A stretch of DNA of 64,000 nt from positions 96,001 to 160,000 of the forward strand of contig CAVUWD010000005.1 of NCBI GenBank assembly GCA_963745025.1, in the 5' to 3' direction. The notes beneath the pieces are model-generated. The model did no database searches and was not told the origin of the DNA. It was given only the letters and a program-made list of their open reading frames with translations. The translations under genes and the position numbers were made by a program. The DNA is from an uncultured delta proteobacterium. Its GTDB lineage: Bacteria > Desulfobacterota > Binatia > JACPRU01. Position 1 is the stretch's first letter. Every line of letters starts with the position of its first letter. Shown in pieces: positions 16,233-25,799 of this stretch.

Positions 16233-18734
16233 ATGGCAGCACCAATGCGCGCTCTCCGCTCTCCGGCTCGTGCGACGTCGCCCGAGGAATGTTTCGAGAT
16301 GCAACCGACGGACCGCGTCCGGCGCCTCCGGGAGGCGTTCTTCACCTACAAGCCAACCGTCGAGCTCGAGCGCATGCGTATCGTCACCCGGATCTTCCGG
16401 GAGACCGAAGGCGAGCCGATGGTCTTCCGCCGCGCGAAAGCGTTCGCCGCGGTAATCGAGGCGATTCCGGCGCGAATCTTTCCGGACGAGCTCATCGTCG
16501 GCTTCCAGGCGAGCCGGCCGCGGGGCAACAGCGTCTACGTCGATCAGGGAGGCGGCTGGTACGAAGCCGAGCTCGCGACCCTCTCGACGAGGCAGTGGGA
16601 CCAGTTCGCGATCTCGGACGAAGAGCGGCGCGAGCTCGAAGAGGAGATCTTCCCCTACTGGAAAGGGACCGGGCGGTACGAGAAGACCGTCGACGGGCGG
16701 ATCGCCCAGATGCTCGCCGCATACCCGGAGACGAACGAGCTTCTCCACGCCGATCCGCGGGCATACCCGACGTTCGGCGCCGGGTTGATCGACGTCGACG
16801 CCATTCGCGTCATGCACATCGGCCACCTCTCGGTCGACTATCCGAAGGTGCTCCGGAAGGGGTTCGCCGGCATTCTCAAGGACGTCGAAGCGCGGATCGC
16901 CCGCTCCGACCCCGCGAATCCCGACGACCTCTCGAAGCTGCCGTTCCTCCGGGCCGTCGCCCAGGCGATGGAGGCTGCCGCGGGAATCGGCGCGCGCTTC
17001 GCGATGGCCGCCCGCGACATGCTCCGCGTGACGCCCGACCCCGCGCGGCGGCGCGACCTCGAGACGATCGCCGAGGTGTGCGAGCGCGTGCCCGCCCATC
17101 CGGCGCGCACGTTCCACGAGGCGCTGCAGGCGCTCTGGTTCACGCAGATCCTCCTCAAGTACGAAGCGAACGCGGATGCGCTCTCGCCGGGGCGCATCGA
17201 TCAGTATCTCTACCCGTATTACGAGGAAGACCTCCGCCAGGGGCGGCTCACGAAGGAGGAAGCGCAGGAGCTCGCGGACTGTCTCTTCTTGAAGTTCGCG
17301 ACCGTCGTCGATCTCTGGCCGACGAATGCCTGCCGGTTCTACGCGGGCTTCCCGGTCACCCAGCAGGTGAACGTCGGCGGGGTGACCCGGAACGGCAGCG
17401 ACGCGACGAACGACCTCTCGTACCTCTTCATCGAGGCGATGATGCACACGCGCCTCCAGCAACCGACGTTCTCGGTCCGGGTGCACGACGGGAGCCCCGA
17501 ACGGTTTCTCCTGAAGGCCGCGGAGCTGACGGCGCTCGGCACCGGGCATCCGTCGTATTTCAACGACGAGGTCGTCATTCCCTCGCTGATGGCGCGGACG
17601 ACGCTCGGCGGCCCCGCCGTTTCGCTCGAGGCCGCGCGCGACTACGCGATGATCGGCTGCGTCGAGCCGATGCTCGCGGGGATGGACGCGGGGTACAGCA
17701 ACGGCGGCATCCTGAACCTCGCCGGCGCCATGGAGCTGGCGCTGACCAACGGCGTTCATCGGGCGACGGGAAGAAAGGTCGGCGCCGACAGCGGGGATCC
17801 GCGCTCGTTCTCCTCGTTCGGGGACGTGCAGGAGGCGTTCGCGAAGCAGGTGCGATGGTTCGTGAGGCACCTGGCGATCGCCGACAACCTGTGCGAGCTC
17901 GCGCAGGCAGAGCTTTATCCGACGGTATATCTCTCGGCGCTCCTCGACGACTGCATCGAAGCCGGAATCACCCGCGAGGCGGGCGGAGCCCGGTACAACT
18001 TCGGACCCTGCCCACTCGCCGTCGGGGTGGCGGATTGTGGCGATTCGCTCGCGGCGATCCGGAAGGTCGTCTTCGAAGACCGTGCCCTCACGATGTCCGA
18101 GCTCTGCGACGCGCTCGAAAACGACTTCCGGGGTTGCGAAGACGTCCGCCGGTTGCTCCTCGCGGCACCGAAATTCGGCAACGACGACGACGCCGTAGAC
18201 GGTCTCGCCGCTTGGGTCGTCCACGTCTTCGCCGCGGAGATGGTCAAGTACCGGAACACGCGCGGGGGGCATCTCCTGCCGGGCGTGATCCCGGTCTCGG
18301 CCAACGTCCCGCTCGGAATGGTGATCGGCGCGCTGCCGAGCGGGCGAAAGTCGGGCGTGCCGCTGGCGGAGGGTTGCTCACCGTCCCCCGGGATGGACCG
18401 GAAGGGGCCGACGGGCAGCATGAAGTCCGTAAGCAAGATCGACCACGCCGAGGTCTTCGATGGCACGCAGTACAACATGCGGATCGAGCCGTCGGCATTC
18501 CGCGAGACGGCCGGGATCAAGCGGCTCGCCGACCTCGTGCGGACGTTCGTCGATCTCAAGGGATGGCACGTTCAGTTCAACGTCGTGTCGTCCGACACCT
18601 TGCGCGCCGCGCAGAAGGAGCCGGACAAGTATCGCGACATCGTCGTCAAGGTCGCCGGTTACAACGCGTTCTTCGTCGAGCTCGACGAGACGATCCAGAA
18701 CAACATCATCGCTCGGACCGAGCACCTGATCTGA
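16233..18734 (+). CDS. Glycyl-radical enzyme, PFL2/glycerol dehydratase-like family, substrate unknown
   Basis: DELIVG, SPGRIDQYLYPYY, Cys loop IGCVEP, Gly loop HVQFNVV...VKVAGYNAFF. Start may be ATG near 16299. Confidence 0.93.
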   Translation: MAAPMRALRSPARATSPEECFEMQPTDRVRRLREAFFTYKPTVELERMRIVTRIFRETEGEPMVFRRAKAFAAVIEAIPARIFPDELIVGFQASRPRGNSVYVDQGGGWYEAELATLSTRQWDQFAISDEERRELEEEIFPYWKGTGRYEKTVDGRIAQMLAAYPETNELLHADPRAYPTFGAGLIDVDAIRVMHIGHLSVDYPKVLRKGFAGILKDVEARIARSDPANPDDLSKLPFLRAVAQAMEAAAGIGARFAMAARDMLRVTPDPARRRDLETIAEVCERVPAHPARTFHEALQALWFTQILLKYEANADALSPGRIDQYLYPYYEEDLRQGRLTKEEAQELADCLFLKFATVVDLWPTNACRFYAGFPVTQQVNVGGVTRNGSDATNDLSYLFIEAMMHTRLQQPTFSVRVHDGSPERFLLKAAELTALGTGHPSYFNDEVVIPSLMARTTLGGPAVSLEAARDYAMIGCVEPMLAGMDAGYSNGGILNLAGAMELALTNGVHRATGRKVGADSGDPRSFSSFGDVQEAFAKQVRWFVRHLAIADNLCELAQAELYPTVYLSALLDDCIEAGITREAGGARYNFGPCPLAVGVADCGDSLAAIRKVVFEDRALTMSELCDALENDFRGCEDVRRLLLAAPKFGNDDDAVDGLAAWVVHVFAAEMVKYRNTRGGHLLPGVIPVSANVPLGMVIGALPSGRKSGVPLAEGCSPSPGMDRKGPTGSMKSVSKIDHAEVFDGTQYNMRIEPSAFRETAGIKRLADLVRTFVDLKGWHVQFNVVSSDTLRAAQKEPDKYRDIVVKVAGYNAFFVELDETIQNNIIARTEHLI

Positions 18735-18817
18735 GGTCGCGGGCGGAGGTCAGCAGCGCGATCAAGCCCAAAACCGGGATGCTTACGAGCGAGTGTGACC
18801 TCATTGAAGCGACTTCC

Positions 18818-19237
18818 TCAACACCCGCCGAGGCGGCGACCGTTCAGATTGATCGTCATGCTGCCGTCGTCGGAGGTGAACTTGATCGCTCCGGAGTAGG
18901 TATCGGGGGTGTCCCGGGTGATCTCGCCGTGGCCGGTCATCGCCGGCTCCGAACACGTCACGGTCCAGGTGGCTGTCTTGCCCGCTATCTTGAAGTCCGA
19001 GTTCCGGCACGTTTGCCGCTCGTCCGCTCCGCCGGGGGGTTCCTTCCACTCCTTCGCGGCGCAGACCTTCATCGTTTGCGCCGGTATTTCCATCGGCATT
19101 TCCTCCATCGCCATCTTGGAGGTCACTTCCCAGAGGTCCTTCTGCTCGTTCGCCGTGGCCGGCTCGGCAGGAAGCTGATTCGGCACCGCGAGTAGCGCCG
19201 TGAACGTTGCAAGCAGAAGCAAAGAACGCGAAGCCAT
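18818..19237 (-). CDS. DUF3617-like secreted protein
   Basis: Signal peptide; LWEVTSKM...C...C...W...C...G...GRRLGGC pattern; RBS AAGGGGG. Confidence 0.7.
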   Translation of the reverse strand: MASRSLLLLATFTALLAVPNQLPAEPATANEQKDLWEVTSKMAMEEMPMEIPAQTMKVCAAKEWKEPPGGADERQTCRNSDFKIAGKTATWTVTCSEPAMTGHGEITRDTPDTYSGAIKFTSDDGSMTINLNGRRLGGC

Positions 19238-19447
19238 GAGATCCCCCCTTCATGAAACGGTTTGTTTGCCTGAAGACTACTCCTCGCTTCGAAGCGGGTG
19301 CAATCAAGCTGCAGCATCGCCGCGCCGCGCGCGCGGAGCGCGGCCGCGCCGGCGTCGATCGCTTCGTCGATCGGAAACGATTCGTGCGAAGACGCGCCCT
19401 GGGAGCTACGGAAGCTCTGATCAAGTTCTACTACGATCCGACGCCGC

Positions 19448-21247
19448 TCAAGTAGAGTCGGCGGACCCCGCCTGCCGGCGGCGAGGCGCCGACAGGCGTG
19501 CGCTCGGCGAGGTCTCCGAGATCTCCTCGAGCTCGAGCCCGCGTGTTTCCGGGACCGCGAGTAGGCTTGCCGCCGACAGGAGCGGCAGGAGCGCGCAGAG
19601 CCGGATCACGCGATCCGCGCCGCCGAGGGTCTCGCTCAGCAGGCCAACGGCGGCCATGCCGGCGACCGCGCCGAGCACGCCGGCGTTCGTGATCCAGGAC
19701 TTGGCGGTGCTCCGCAAGCGGGTCGGGAAGACCTCCGTTCCGAGCGCGTTCAGCGCCACCAGGGCGCCCGCCTCCATGAAAACGAGCAGCGCGAACGCCG
19801 GCGCCAGCCAGGGGGTAGCGTAGTAGAGCCAGGTTGCGCCTGCCGTGCCGGCGAGCGCTGCCGCTCCGACGGAGCGCCGGCCGATCCGCTCGGCGAGCAG
19901 GCCCCAGCAGAACCAACCGGCCATCCCGAGGCCGCCCCCGAAAAGAACCATGGCGCTCACCTCGGCGGGCGACCAGCCGAAGGCCTCGGTCGCGCGGTAC
20001 GACGCGAAGCCGAATCCGGGCGACGCCGCACATCCGACCGCGAACGCCATCGCCAGGAGACAGACGAATCGGGGGCTCATTTCGCCGCTCACGAGCTCGC
20101 TCACACGGGCTCGCAGGGTCTCGCCTCGCCGCCGAGCGTCGTGCCAGCGCGCAGTCTCGGGCAGCGAGCGCCTCAGGTACGCGGTCAAGAGCAGCGGGGC
20201 GATGCCGACGAAGTAGAGCCCCCGCCAGCCGAGCGGCGTCGCCTGGAAAAGCGGGAAGAAGACCGCGGCGAGGCCCGCGCCGAGCGCGCCGAAGGTGCCG
20301 AGCAGCCCCTGCCCGAGCGACCGGAAGGCGACCGGGAACTCCTCGGTGATGACCACCTGCGCGACCGAGAGCTCGGTGACGAGGAAGATTTGCGCGAGCA
20401 GCTGGAGAACCACGAAGTCGGTGATCCCGCGCGACAGGCCCGTCGCGGCGGTGGCGAGCGTATAGGCGACGATCGTGACGAGCAGCATGCCGCGGCGGCC
20501 CCGGCGATCGGCAACCCGGCCGAACACGATCGAGACCAGCGCTCCCACGCGGATCGCGGAGAGAGCGAGGCCCAGAGTGCCCTGCGAAGCGCCGAGGTCG
20601 CGGCCGATGTAGGGCAGGGCCATCGACGCGATGAAATGGTCGTAGCCCTGGAAGAGGGTCGCCGTACCGAGCAGGAAGAGCAGCGTGCGGTGGCGCGGAG
20701 TCAAGCCGAAAGCCGACGTCTCGGCGACGGCCGCCGCGGGCTGGCGCTGCGCGATCAGCAGCAAAGCCAGGACCGCCAGCGAAAGCCCGAGCTCGACGCG
20801 ATGCCAAGAGCCCCAGCGCTCGAACAGGGGGAAGATCGCCTGCAGCGAACCCGACGTCGACACTCGCTCGATTTCGCGGACGAGGGGCTCCCCGACCAGC
20901 GTGGCGAGCAGCCCCGAGACGAACAGAACGAGGATCGCGACGCCCTGCAGCAACCCGCGACGCGAGGCGTAGGCCCCGTGCCGAAGCAGCACGATCAGCG
21001 TGACGATCGACGCGCCGACGCCGAGGGGAAACGAGGACAAGCGCTCTCGAGCGGCGAGCCGCGCGAACTCCTCGGCAAATGCCGAAAGCGCCTCGGTGTC
21101 CCGTGGCGGCGCCGGAAGCGCGAACCCGTAGAATGTCATTGCCGCGCACAAGAGGCCGGCGAGGAGGATCGGCAAGCGCTCGAGGTTCAAGGGAGCGGGA
21201 TAGGACCACCCTGACCGCGTGCCGGCACGGCCTTGCTGCCTCGTCAC
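19448..21247 (-). CDS. MFS transporter with an extra N-terminal four-helix membrane domain
   Basis: GRVADRRGRR and AERIGRR motif A, EEFPVAFRS, EVFPTRLRS; about 170 aa N-terminal hydrophobic extension. Start uncertain. Confidence 0.85.
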   Translation of the reverse strand: MTRQQGRAGTRSGWSYPAPLNLERLPILLAGLLCAAMTFYGFALPAPPRDTEALSAFAEEFARLAARERLSSFPLGVGASIVTLIVLLRHGAYASRRGLLQGVAILVLFVSGLLATLVGEPLVREIERVSTSGSLQAIFPLFERWGSWHRVELGLSLAVLALLLIAQRQPAAAVAETSAFGLTPRHRTLLFLLGTATLFQGYDHFIASMALPYIGRDLGASQGTLGLALSAIRVGALVSIVFGRVADRRGRRGMLLVTIVAYTLATAATGLSRGITDFVVLQLLAQIFLVTELSVAQVVITEEFPVAFRSLGQGLLGTFGALGAGLAAVFFPLFQATPLGWRGLYFVGIAPLLLTAYLRRSLPETARWHDARRRGETLRARVSELVSGEMSPRFVCLLAMAFAVGCAASPGFGFASYRATEAFGWSPAEVSAMVLFGGGLGMAGWFCWGLLAERIGRRSVGAAALAGTAGATWLYYATPWLAPAFALLVFMEAGALVALNALGTEVFPTRLRSTAKSWITNAGVLGAVAGMAAVGLLSETLGGADRVIRLCALLPLLSAASLLAVPETRGLELEEISETSPSARLSAPRRRQAGSADST

Positions 21248-21253
21248 GGCAGA

Positions 21254-21757
21254 CTACTGCACTGGATCTTCAGCCACGGCCCCAGCCACCGCGGCACCGG
21301 CCCCGGCAGGTATTGCGCCGAACGTCGAGGCGAACCACGAACCGTCGGTAAGATCGAGGAAATCCACGTGGACGAACTTTCCCGGGAAGGGATTTCCACC
21401 CGGGAGTATCGTCTTAAACACCCCCGCGCCAGTGGCGTCCGTTTTGAACGAGCCCAGGTAGAAGTCACCACAAGTACTCTCGTGGCAGCCACCAGAGACG
21501 TCTGTGCACAGCCAGACCACATCAAAGGAGTGCCGCGCCGGCCCGCTGGTGACCTTGACCTTCACCTTCGTACCACCATTATCCAGGTCTTTGATGATCG
21601 TCTTGCCGATTTTCGGGCCCGAGCAATTAAAATCAAAATCCGGCCCCCTGAGCGGTGACCTTTGCTTCTGGGCCAATGCGTCCGTCGGCGACCCTAGCAA
21701 CCAGACCCCGGCAATCAGCAACACGAGCGCACCCGACGAAAATCCTTTGCTTCTCAT
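21254..21757 (-). CDS. Secreted hypothetical beta-rich protein with 4 Cys
   Basis: Signal peptide ending ALA-Q, RBS AGGAG; visibly lower GC than the flanks. Confidence 0.65.
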   Translation of the reverse strand: MRSKGFSSGALVLLIAGVWLLGSPTDALAQKQRSPLRGPDFDFNCSGPKIGKTIIKDLDNGGTKVKVKVTSGPARHSFDVVWLCTDVSGGCHESTCGDFYLGSFKTDATGAGVFKTILPGGNPFPGKFVHVDFLDLTDGSWFASTFGAIPAGAGAAVAGAVAEDPVQ

Positions 21758-21876
21758 CGCTGCTGTCTCCTATCGCTGAATAACGCAGTCATTTTAGTAT
21801 GATCGACCTCGGTGGTGTCTGTCAATTTCTCTCACGACGGAGGTGGCCCTGCCCCAGCGAGGGCACTGCCTGCTCA

Positions 21877-21940
21877 CGGCGATCGGCCTTCGGCGTTCGG
21901 CCAGAAGAGTGCGTCGCCGACGGCCGTAAGCCGGTAGGCG
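21877..21940. repeat. Heptamer-based palindromic intergenic element, copy 1 (degenerate)
   Basis: cggcgat cggcctt cggcgtt cggcc ... ccgacgg ccgtaag ccggtag. Confidence 0.5.
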
Positions 21941-22560
21941 ATGTCCGGTTCAAACGTCGCCGCCCAGGTAGACGCGTTGTACCCTCTCGTCGTCCACGAG
22001 ATCCTTCGTCGCGCCGGCGAGCGCGACGCTACCCGTTTCGAGGACATAGGCGCGATCCGCCGCCTCGAGCGCCATGCGGGCGTTCTGCTCGACGAGCAAG
22101 AGCGTCGTGCCGCGGCTGCGGATCACGCGGATGATCTCGAAGATCGCGCGCACGAGCTTCGGGGCCAGACCGAGCGAAGGCTCGTCGAGCAGCAGCAGAG
22201 TCGGCGCCGCCATGAGCGCTCTCGCCATCGCGAGCATCTGCTGCTCGCCGCCGGACAAGGTGCCGGCGTTCTGCGCGAGCCGCTCCTTCAGGCGCGGAAA
22301 GAGCGAGAAGATTTCGCCGAGCTGGCGCTCGATCGCCTGGTGGTCCCTTCCGCAGGTACGCGCCGAGGCTCAGATTCTCGCGCACGGTCAAATTCTGGAA
22401 GATGCGCCGTCCCTCCGGGACGTGGCTGATGCCGCGGGCGACGACCTGACCGAGCTCGCGGAGGATCGCTCGCGTGGCCTCGCGCGCGTTCGCTTCGCAC
22501 CGACGATGCGCGGGCGCACAGGGTCGCGGCCACCAGGCCCGCCGTCAACTGCGCGTGGCG
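21934..22560 (-). pseudogene. livF: Duplicated 3-prime part of livF joined to an internal livG fragment
   Basis: 21934-22448 is nearly identical to 24252-24765 (few substitutions, 1-nt insertion); 22449-22560 matches 25372-25483 less closely. Confidence 0.9.
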
Positions 22561-22674
22561 GGTCTGGGGCACCTCAGCCAGCGTGAACATCACTCCGATG
22601 AAATTCACGAGCCGGGTGGCTCTCACGCCTCACAGGCGGGCGGAGCTTGACGGGCGCCGAGATGCCTTGCGATA

Positions 22675-22696
22675 GTAAGAATACGCCAAGTATTAC
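22675..22696. promoter_or_regulatory. Candidate TA autoregulatory operator
   Basis: gtaagAATAC-gccaa-GTATTac inverted repeat just upstream of the antitoxin RBS; TTGACG at 22647. Confidence 0.4.
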
Positions 22697-22712
22697 CGTC
22701 GAGGAGACCGCC

Positions 22713-22949
22713 ATGCGCATTACATCGAAGGGACAGGTTACGATTCCGGTCGACATCCGCGAGCGGCTGGGGCTGCTACCCAACAGCGAGGTCGACTTCG
22801 AGGTCGAGGGCACCACCGTGCGGATCCGAAAGACTCGGGGCCGCCGCAACCGCGGACGCGGCCACAGTATCGTCGAACACCTCAGGGGCAAGGCGACCAG
22901 TGGCATGACCACGAACCAGATCATGGCGCTCACGCGCGGCGAGAGGTGA
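22713..22949 (+). CDS. vapB: AbrB/MazE/SpoVT-family antitoxin
   Basis: MRITSKGQVTIPVDIRERLGL; RBS GAGGAG; overlaps the toxin start. Confidence 0.9.
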   Translation: MRITSKGQVTIPVDIRERLGLLPNSEVDFEVEGTTVRIRKTRGRRNRGRGHSIVEHLRGKATSGMTTNQIMALTRGER

Positions 22950-23350
22950 TGCCGGTTCTGGTGGACAGTAACGTTCTCCTCGATGTGCTGACGGAGGATC
23001 CGCACTGGTGTGCGTGGTCGACGGAGGCACTGGCCGAGCAGGCCGAGCGAGAAGTGCTCGCGGTCAACCCGATCATCTATGCGGAGGTATCGATCGGGTT
23101 CGTGCGCATCGAGGACCTCGACGCCGCCATTCCCGCGCCGACCTTCCATCGGTTGGCGCTTCCGTGGGAAGCCGCCTTCCTTGCCGGCAAGTGCTTTCTG
23201 GCGTACCGCAAGCGCGGCGGCGCCCGCTCGTCCCCGTTGCCGGACTTCTACATCGGCGCTCACGCCAGCGTGTCGGGCATGAAGCTGCTCACACGCGACG
23301 CCGCGCGCTACCGGACCTACTTCCCCAAACTGCGACTCATTGCCCCATGA
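22949..23350 (+). CDS. vapC: VapC PIN-domain toxin
   Basis: VLVDSNVLLD, YAEVS, PLPDFYIGAHA, LLTRD, YFPKL. Confidence 0.93.
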   Translation: MPVLVDSNVLLDVLTEDPHWCAWSTEALAEQAEREVLAVNPIIYAEVSIGFVRIEDLDAAIPAPTFHRLALPWEAAFLAGKCFLAYRKRGGARSSPLPDFYIGAHASVSGMKLLTRDAARYRTYFPKLRLIAP

Positions 23351-23581
23351 GGTACGCTCGCGTTCGCCCCCTTTGAGTACGATCAGCCCAGGTCCTTAGA
23401 CCCACCACAGGGGGATGTGGCGACAACCACGTACGTGGGTCCGTTCAAGCCTGGGACGCGACATTCACCTCGTCCGTCCTTTGCGGCTCCCCGCGGCTCG
23501 ACAAACAAAGGAGGAGACTTGAAGGCACGACGACCGCCGTCGTCACTTGACGAAGGGTCGTTCCATATCAGCTAGGAGCAT

Positions 23582-23634
23582 GTCCGACTAAAGTCGGACG
23601 CCACATGTGATGTGGAATCCGGCTTTAGCCGGAT
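23582..23634. repeat. Back-to-back pair of GTRG-type REP-like hairpins
   Basis: Minus strand GTGGcgTCCGAC-TTTA-GTCGGA; plus strand GTGGaaTCCGGC-TTTA-GCCGGA. Confidence 0.6.
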
Positions 23635-23666
23635 TGGCCTAGAGGGGACAGCCAGAAAGGATCGCA

Positions 23667-24230
23667 ATGACGGCGAGCGTGAGGCACTTGACGAAAGAAG
23701 AACTGGCAGCGGGGCTGGACGAGATCCGGCGCTCGCCCAAGGACGACGGTGTGCTGGAGATGATTGTCCGTCGGCCTGAGATCGACACTCGGGAGGTGCT
23801 GGAACAGGGCGAGCTCGATCCCGCGGAAGGGCTTGTCGGCGACACATGGCGAATCCGATCCAGCGGGCGGACGCCGGACGGATCCCCGCATCCCGACATG
23901 CAGCTCAATATCATGAACGCCCGGGCCGTTGCCCTTGTGGCCCAGGAGAAGGATCGCTGGCCGCTCGCCGGTGATCAGCTGTTCATCAACATGGACCTGA
24001 GCGCGGACAATCTGCCGCCAGGCACGCAACTGACGCTTGGATCGGCGGTGATCGAGATCACGGCTCAGCCGCACACCGGCTGTAACAAATTCGTCGCCCG
24101 ATTTGGTCTCGATGCGATGGCGTGGGTGAATTCGCCGGTTGGCAGAGCGCTGAATCTGCGCGGCGTGAACGCCAGAGTGGTTCAAGGCGGCGTGATTCGG
24201 GTTGGTGATGTCGCCAGAAAACGCGGCTAG
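23667..24230 (+). CDS. MOSC-domain protein
   Basis: RSPKDDG, GLVGD, LAGDQL..DLS..NLPPG, PHTGCNKF..RFG, LRGVNARV..GG.IRVGD. Confidence 0.85.
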   Translation: MTASVRHLTKEELAAGLDEIRRSPKDDGVLEMIVRRPEIDTREVLEQGELDPAEGLVGDTWRIRSSGRTPDGSPHPDMQLNIMNARAVALVAQEKDRWPLAGDQLFINMDLSADNLPPGTQLTLGSAVIEITAQPHTGCNKFVARFGLDAMAWVNSPVGRALNLRGVNARVVQGGVIRVGDVARKRG

Positions 24231-24267
24231 CCCTCGGTTCTCTTGACCGCAGTAGGCGATGTCCGGT

Positions 24268-25020
24268 TCAAACGTCGCCGCCCAGGTAGACGCGTTGTAC
24301 CCTCTCGTCGTCCGCGAGATCCTTCGCCGCGCCGGCGAGCGCGACGCTGCCCGTCTCGAGGACGTAGGCGCGATCCGCCGCCTCGAGCGCCATGCGGGCG
24401 TTCTGCTCGACGAGCAAGAGCGTCGTGCCGCGGCTGCGGATCACGCGGATGATCTCGAAGATCGAGCGCACGAGCTTCGGGGCCAGACCGAGCGAAGGCT
24501 CGTCGAGCAGCAGCAGAGTCGGCGCCGCCATGAGCGCTCTCGCCATCGCGAGCATCTGCTGCTCGCCGCCGGACAAGGTGCCGGCGTTCTGCGCGAGCCG
24601 CTCCTTCAGGCGCGGAAAGAGCGAGAAGATTTCGCCGAGCTGGCGCTCGATCGCCTGGTGGTCCCTTCGCAGGTACGCGCCGAGGCTCAGATTCTCGCGC
24701 ACGGTCAAATTCTGGAAGATGCGCCGTCCCTCCGGGACGTGGCTGATGCCGCGGGCGACGACCTGGTGCGGCTTGAGGCTCGTGAGCTCGCAGGCGCCGT
24801 CATAGACGATGGCTCCCTCGGTGGCCGGCACGAGCCCGGAGATCGTCTTGAGGAGCGTCGTCTTGCCGGCGCCATTGGCACCGATCACGGTGACGATCTC
24901 GCCGCGAGCCACGGCCAGGTCGACCCCGTGGAGCGCCTCGATGACGCCGTAGCGGACCTTCAGACCGCGAACCTCGAGAAGCGGCGCGCCGATTCCGCCC
25001 GGAGCGTTCGCCGCTATCAC
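24268..25020 (-). CDS. livF: Branched-chain amino acid ABC transporter ATPase
   Basis: GANGAGKTT, VPEGRRIF, LSGGEQQMLA, LDEPSLGLAP. Confidence 0.95.
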   Translation of the reverse strand: MIAANAPGGIGAPLLEVRGLKVRYGVIEALHGVDLAVARGEIVTVIGANGAGKTTLLKTISGLVPATEGAIVYDGACELTSLKPHQVVARGISHVPEGRRIFQNLTVRENLSLGAYLRRDHQAIERQLGEIFSLFPRLKERLAQNAGTLSGGEQQMLAMARALMAAPTLLLLDEPSLGLAPKLVRSIFEIIRVIRSRGTTLLLVEQNARMALEAADRAYVLETGSVALAGAAKDLADDERVQRVYLGGDV

Positions 25021-25799
25021 CGCGTCGCCGCATCCTCGCCGAGATAGGCCGCAATCACTTCCGGGTTCGTCTGGACGTCCTGCGGCGAGCCTTCGGCGAT
25101 CACTTCCCCGTGATCCATGACGACGATCCGCTCCGAAATGCTCATCACCACCCGCATGTCGTGCTCGATCAGCAAGATCGTCAGCCCGCGGCGTGCACGG
25201 AGCTCCGCCACCGTCGCGGTGAGCTCGGCCTTCTCGCTCGGATTCATTCCGGCCGTCGGCTCGTCGAGCAAGAGCAGACGCGGACGCGTGGCGAGCGCGC
25301 GGGCGATCTCGAGACGTCGCTGATCGCCATACGACAGGTTGATCGCCCGCTCGTCGGCGGCGCGCTCGAGGCCGAGCTCATGGAGGATCGCCAACGCAGC
25401 CTCGCGCGCGTTCGCTTCGGAGCGACGATGCGCAGGCGTGCGCAGGGTCGCGGCCACCAGGCCCGCCGTCAGCTCCGCGTGGCAGCAGAGGAGCACGTTC
25501 TCGTAGGCAGTGAGGTTCGCGAACAGCCGGATGTTCTGGAACGTGCGCGCGATGCCGAGCCGGTTCACTTGCGCAGGCCTGCGGCCGCGGAGATTCTTTC
25601 CGTCGAAGACGATCTCGCCCGCAACCGGCTCGTAGATCCCGGTCAACATGTTGAACACCGTCGTCTTGCCGGCGCCGTTCGGCCCGATCAAGCCGACGAT
25701 GGAGCCCGAACCGATCTGCAAGGAAAGGCTCGAGACCGCCTTCAGCCCCGCGAACGCGACGGTGCAGCCGCGCGCCTCGAGCAGAATCGATGCGCTCAG
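25017..25799 (-). CDS. livG: Branched-chain amino acid ABC transporter ATPase
   Basis: GPNGAGKTT, ARTFQNIRLF, LSYGDQRRLEIARAL, IEHDM. Apparent CTG start overlapping the livM stop, after GGAGGAGG. Confidence 0.9.
   Translation of the reverse strand: MSASILLEARGCTVAFAGLKAVSSLSLQIGSGSIVGLIGPNGAGKTTVFNMLTGIYEPVAGEIVFDGKNLRGRRPAQVNRLGIARTFQNIRLFANLTAYENVLLCCHAELTAGLVAATLRTPAHRRSEANAREAALAILHELGLERAADERAINLSYGDQRRLEIARALATRPRLLLLDEPTAGMNPSEKAELTATVAELRARRGLTILLIEHDMRVVMSISERIVVMDHGEVIAEGSPQDVQTNPEVIAAYLGEDAATR

Noticed and set aside
15045-19195. Very long overlapping ORFs (1075 aa minus, 1347 aa plus), and similar ones at 1059-4046, 34849-37164 and 36957-38399
   Set aside because: Arg/Ala/Pro-rich shadow frames of real high-GC genes, with no motifs.
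19405-19455. IKFYYDPTP resembling a GST N-terminus
   Set aside because: Too short to support; at most a scar.
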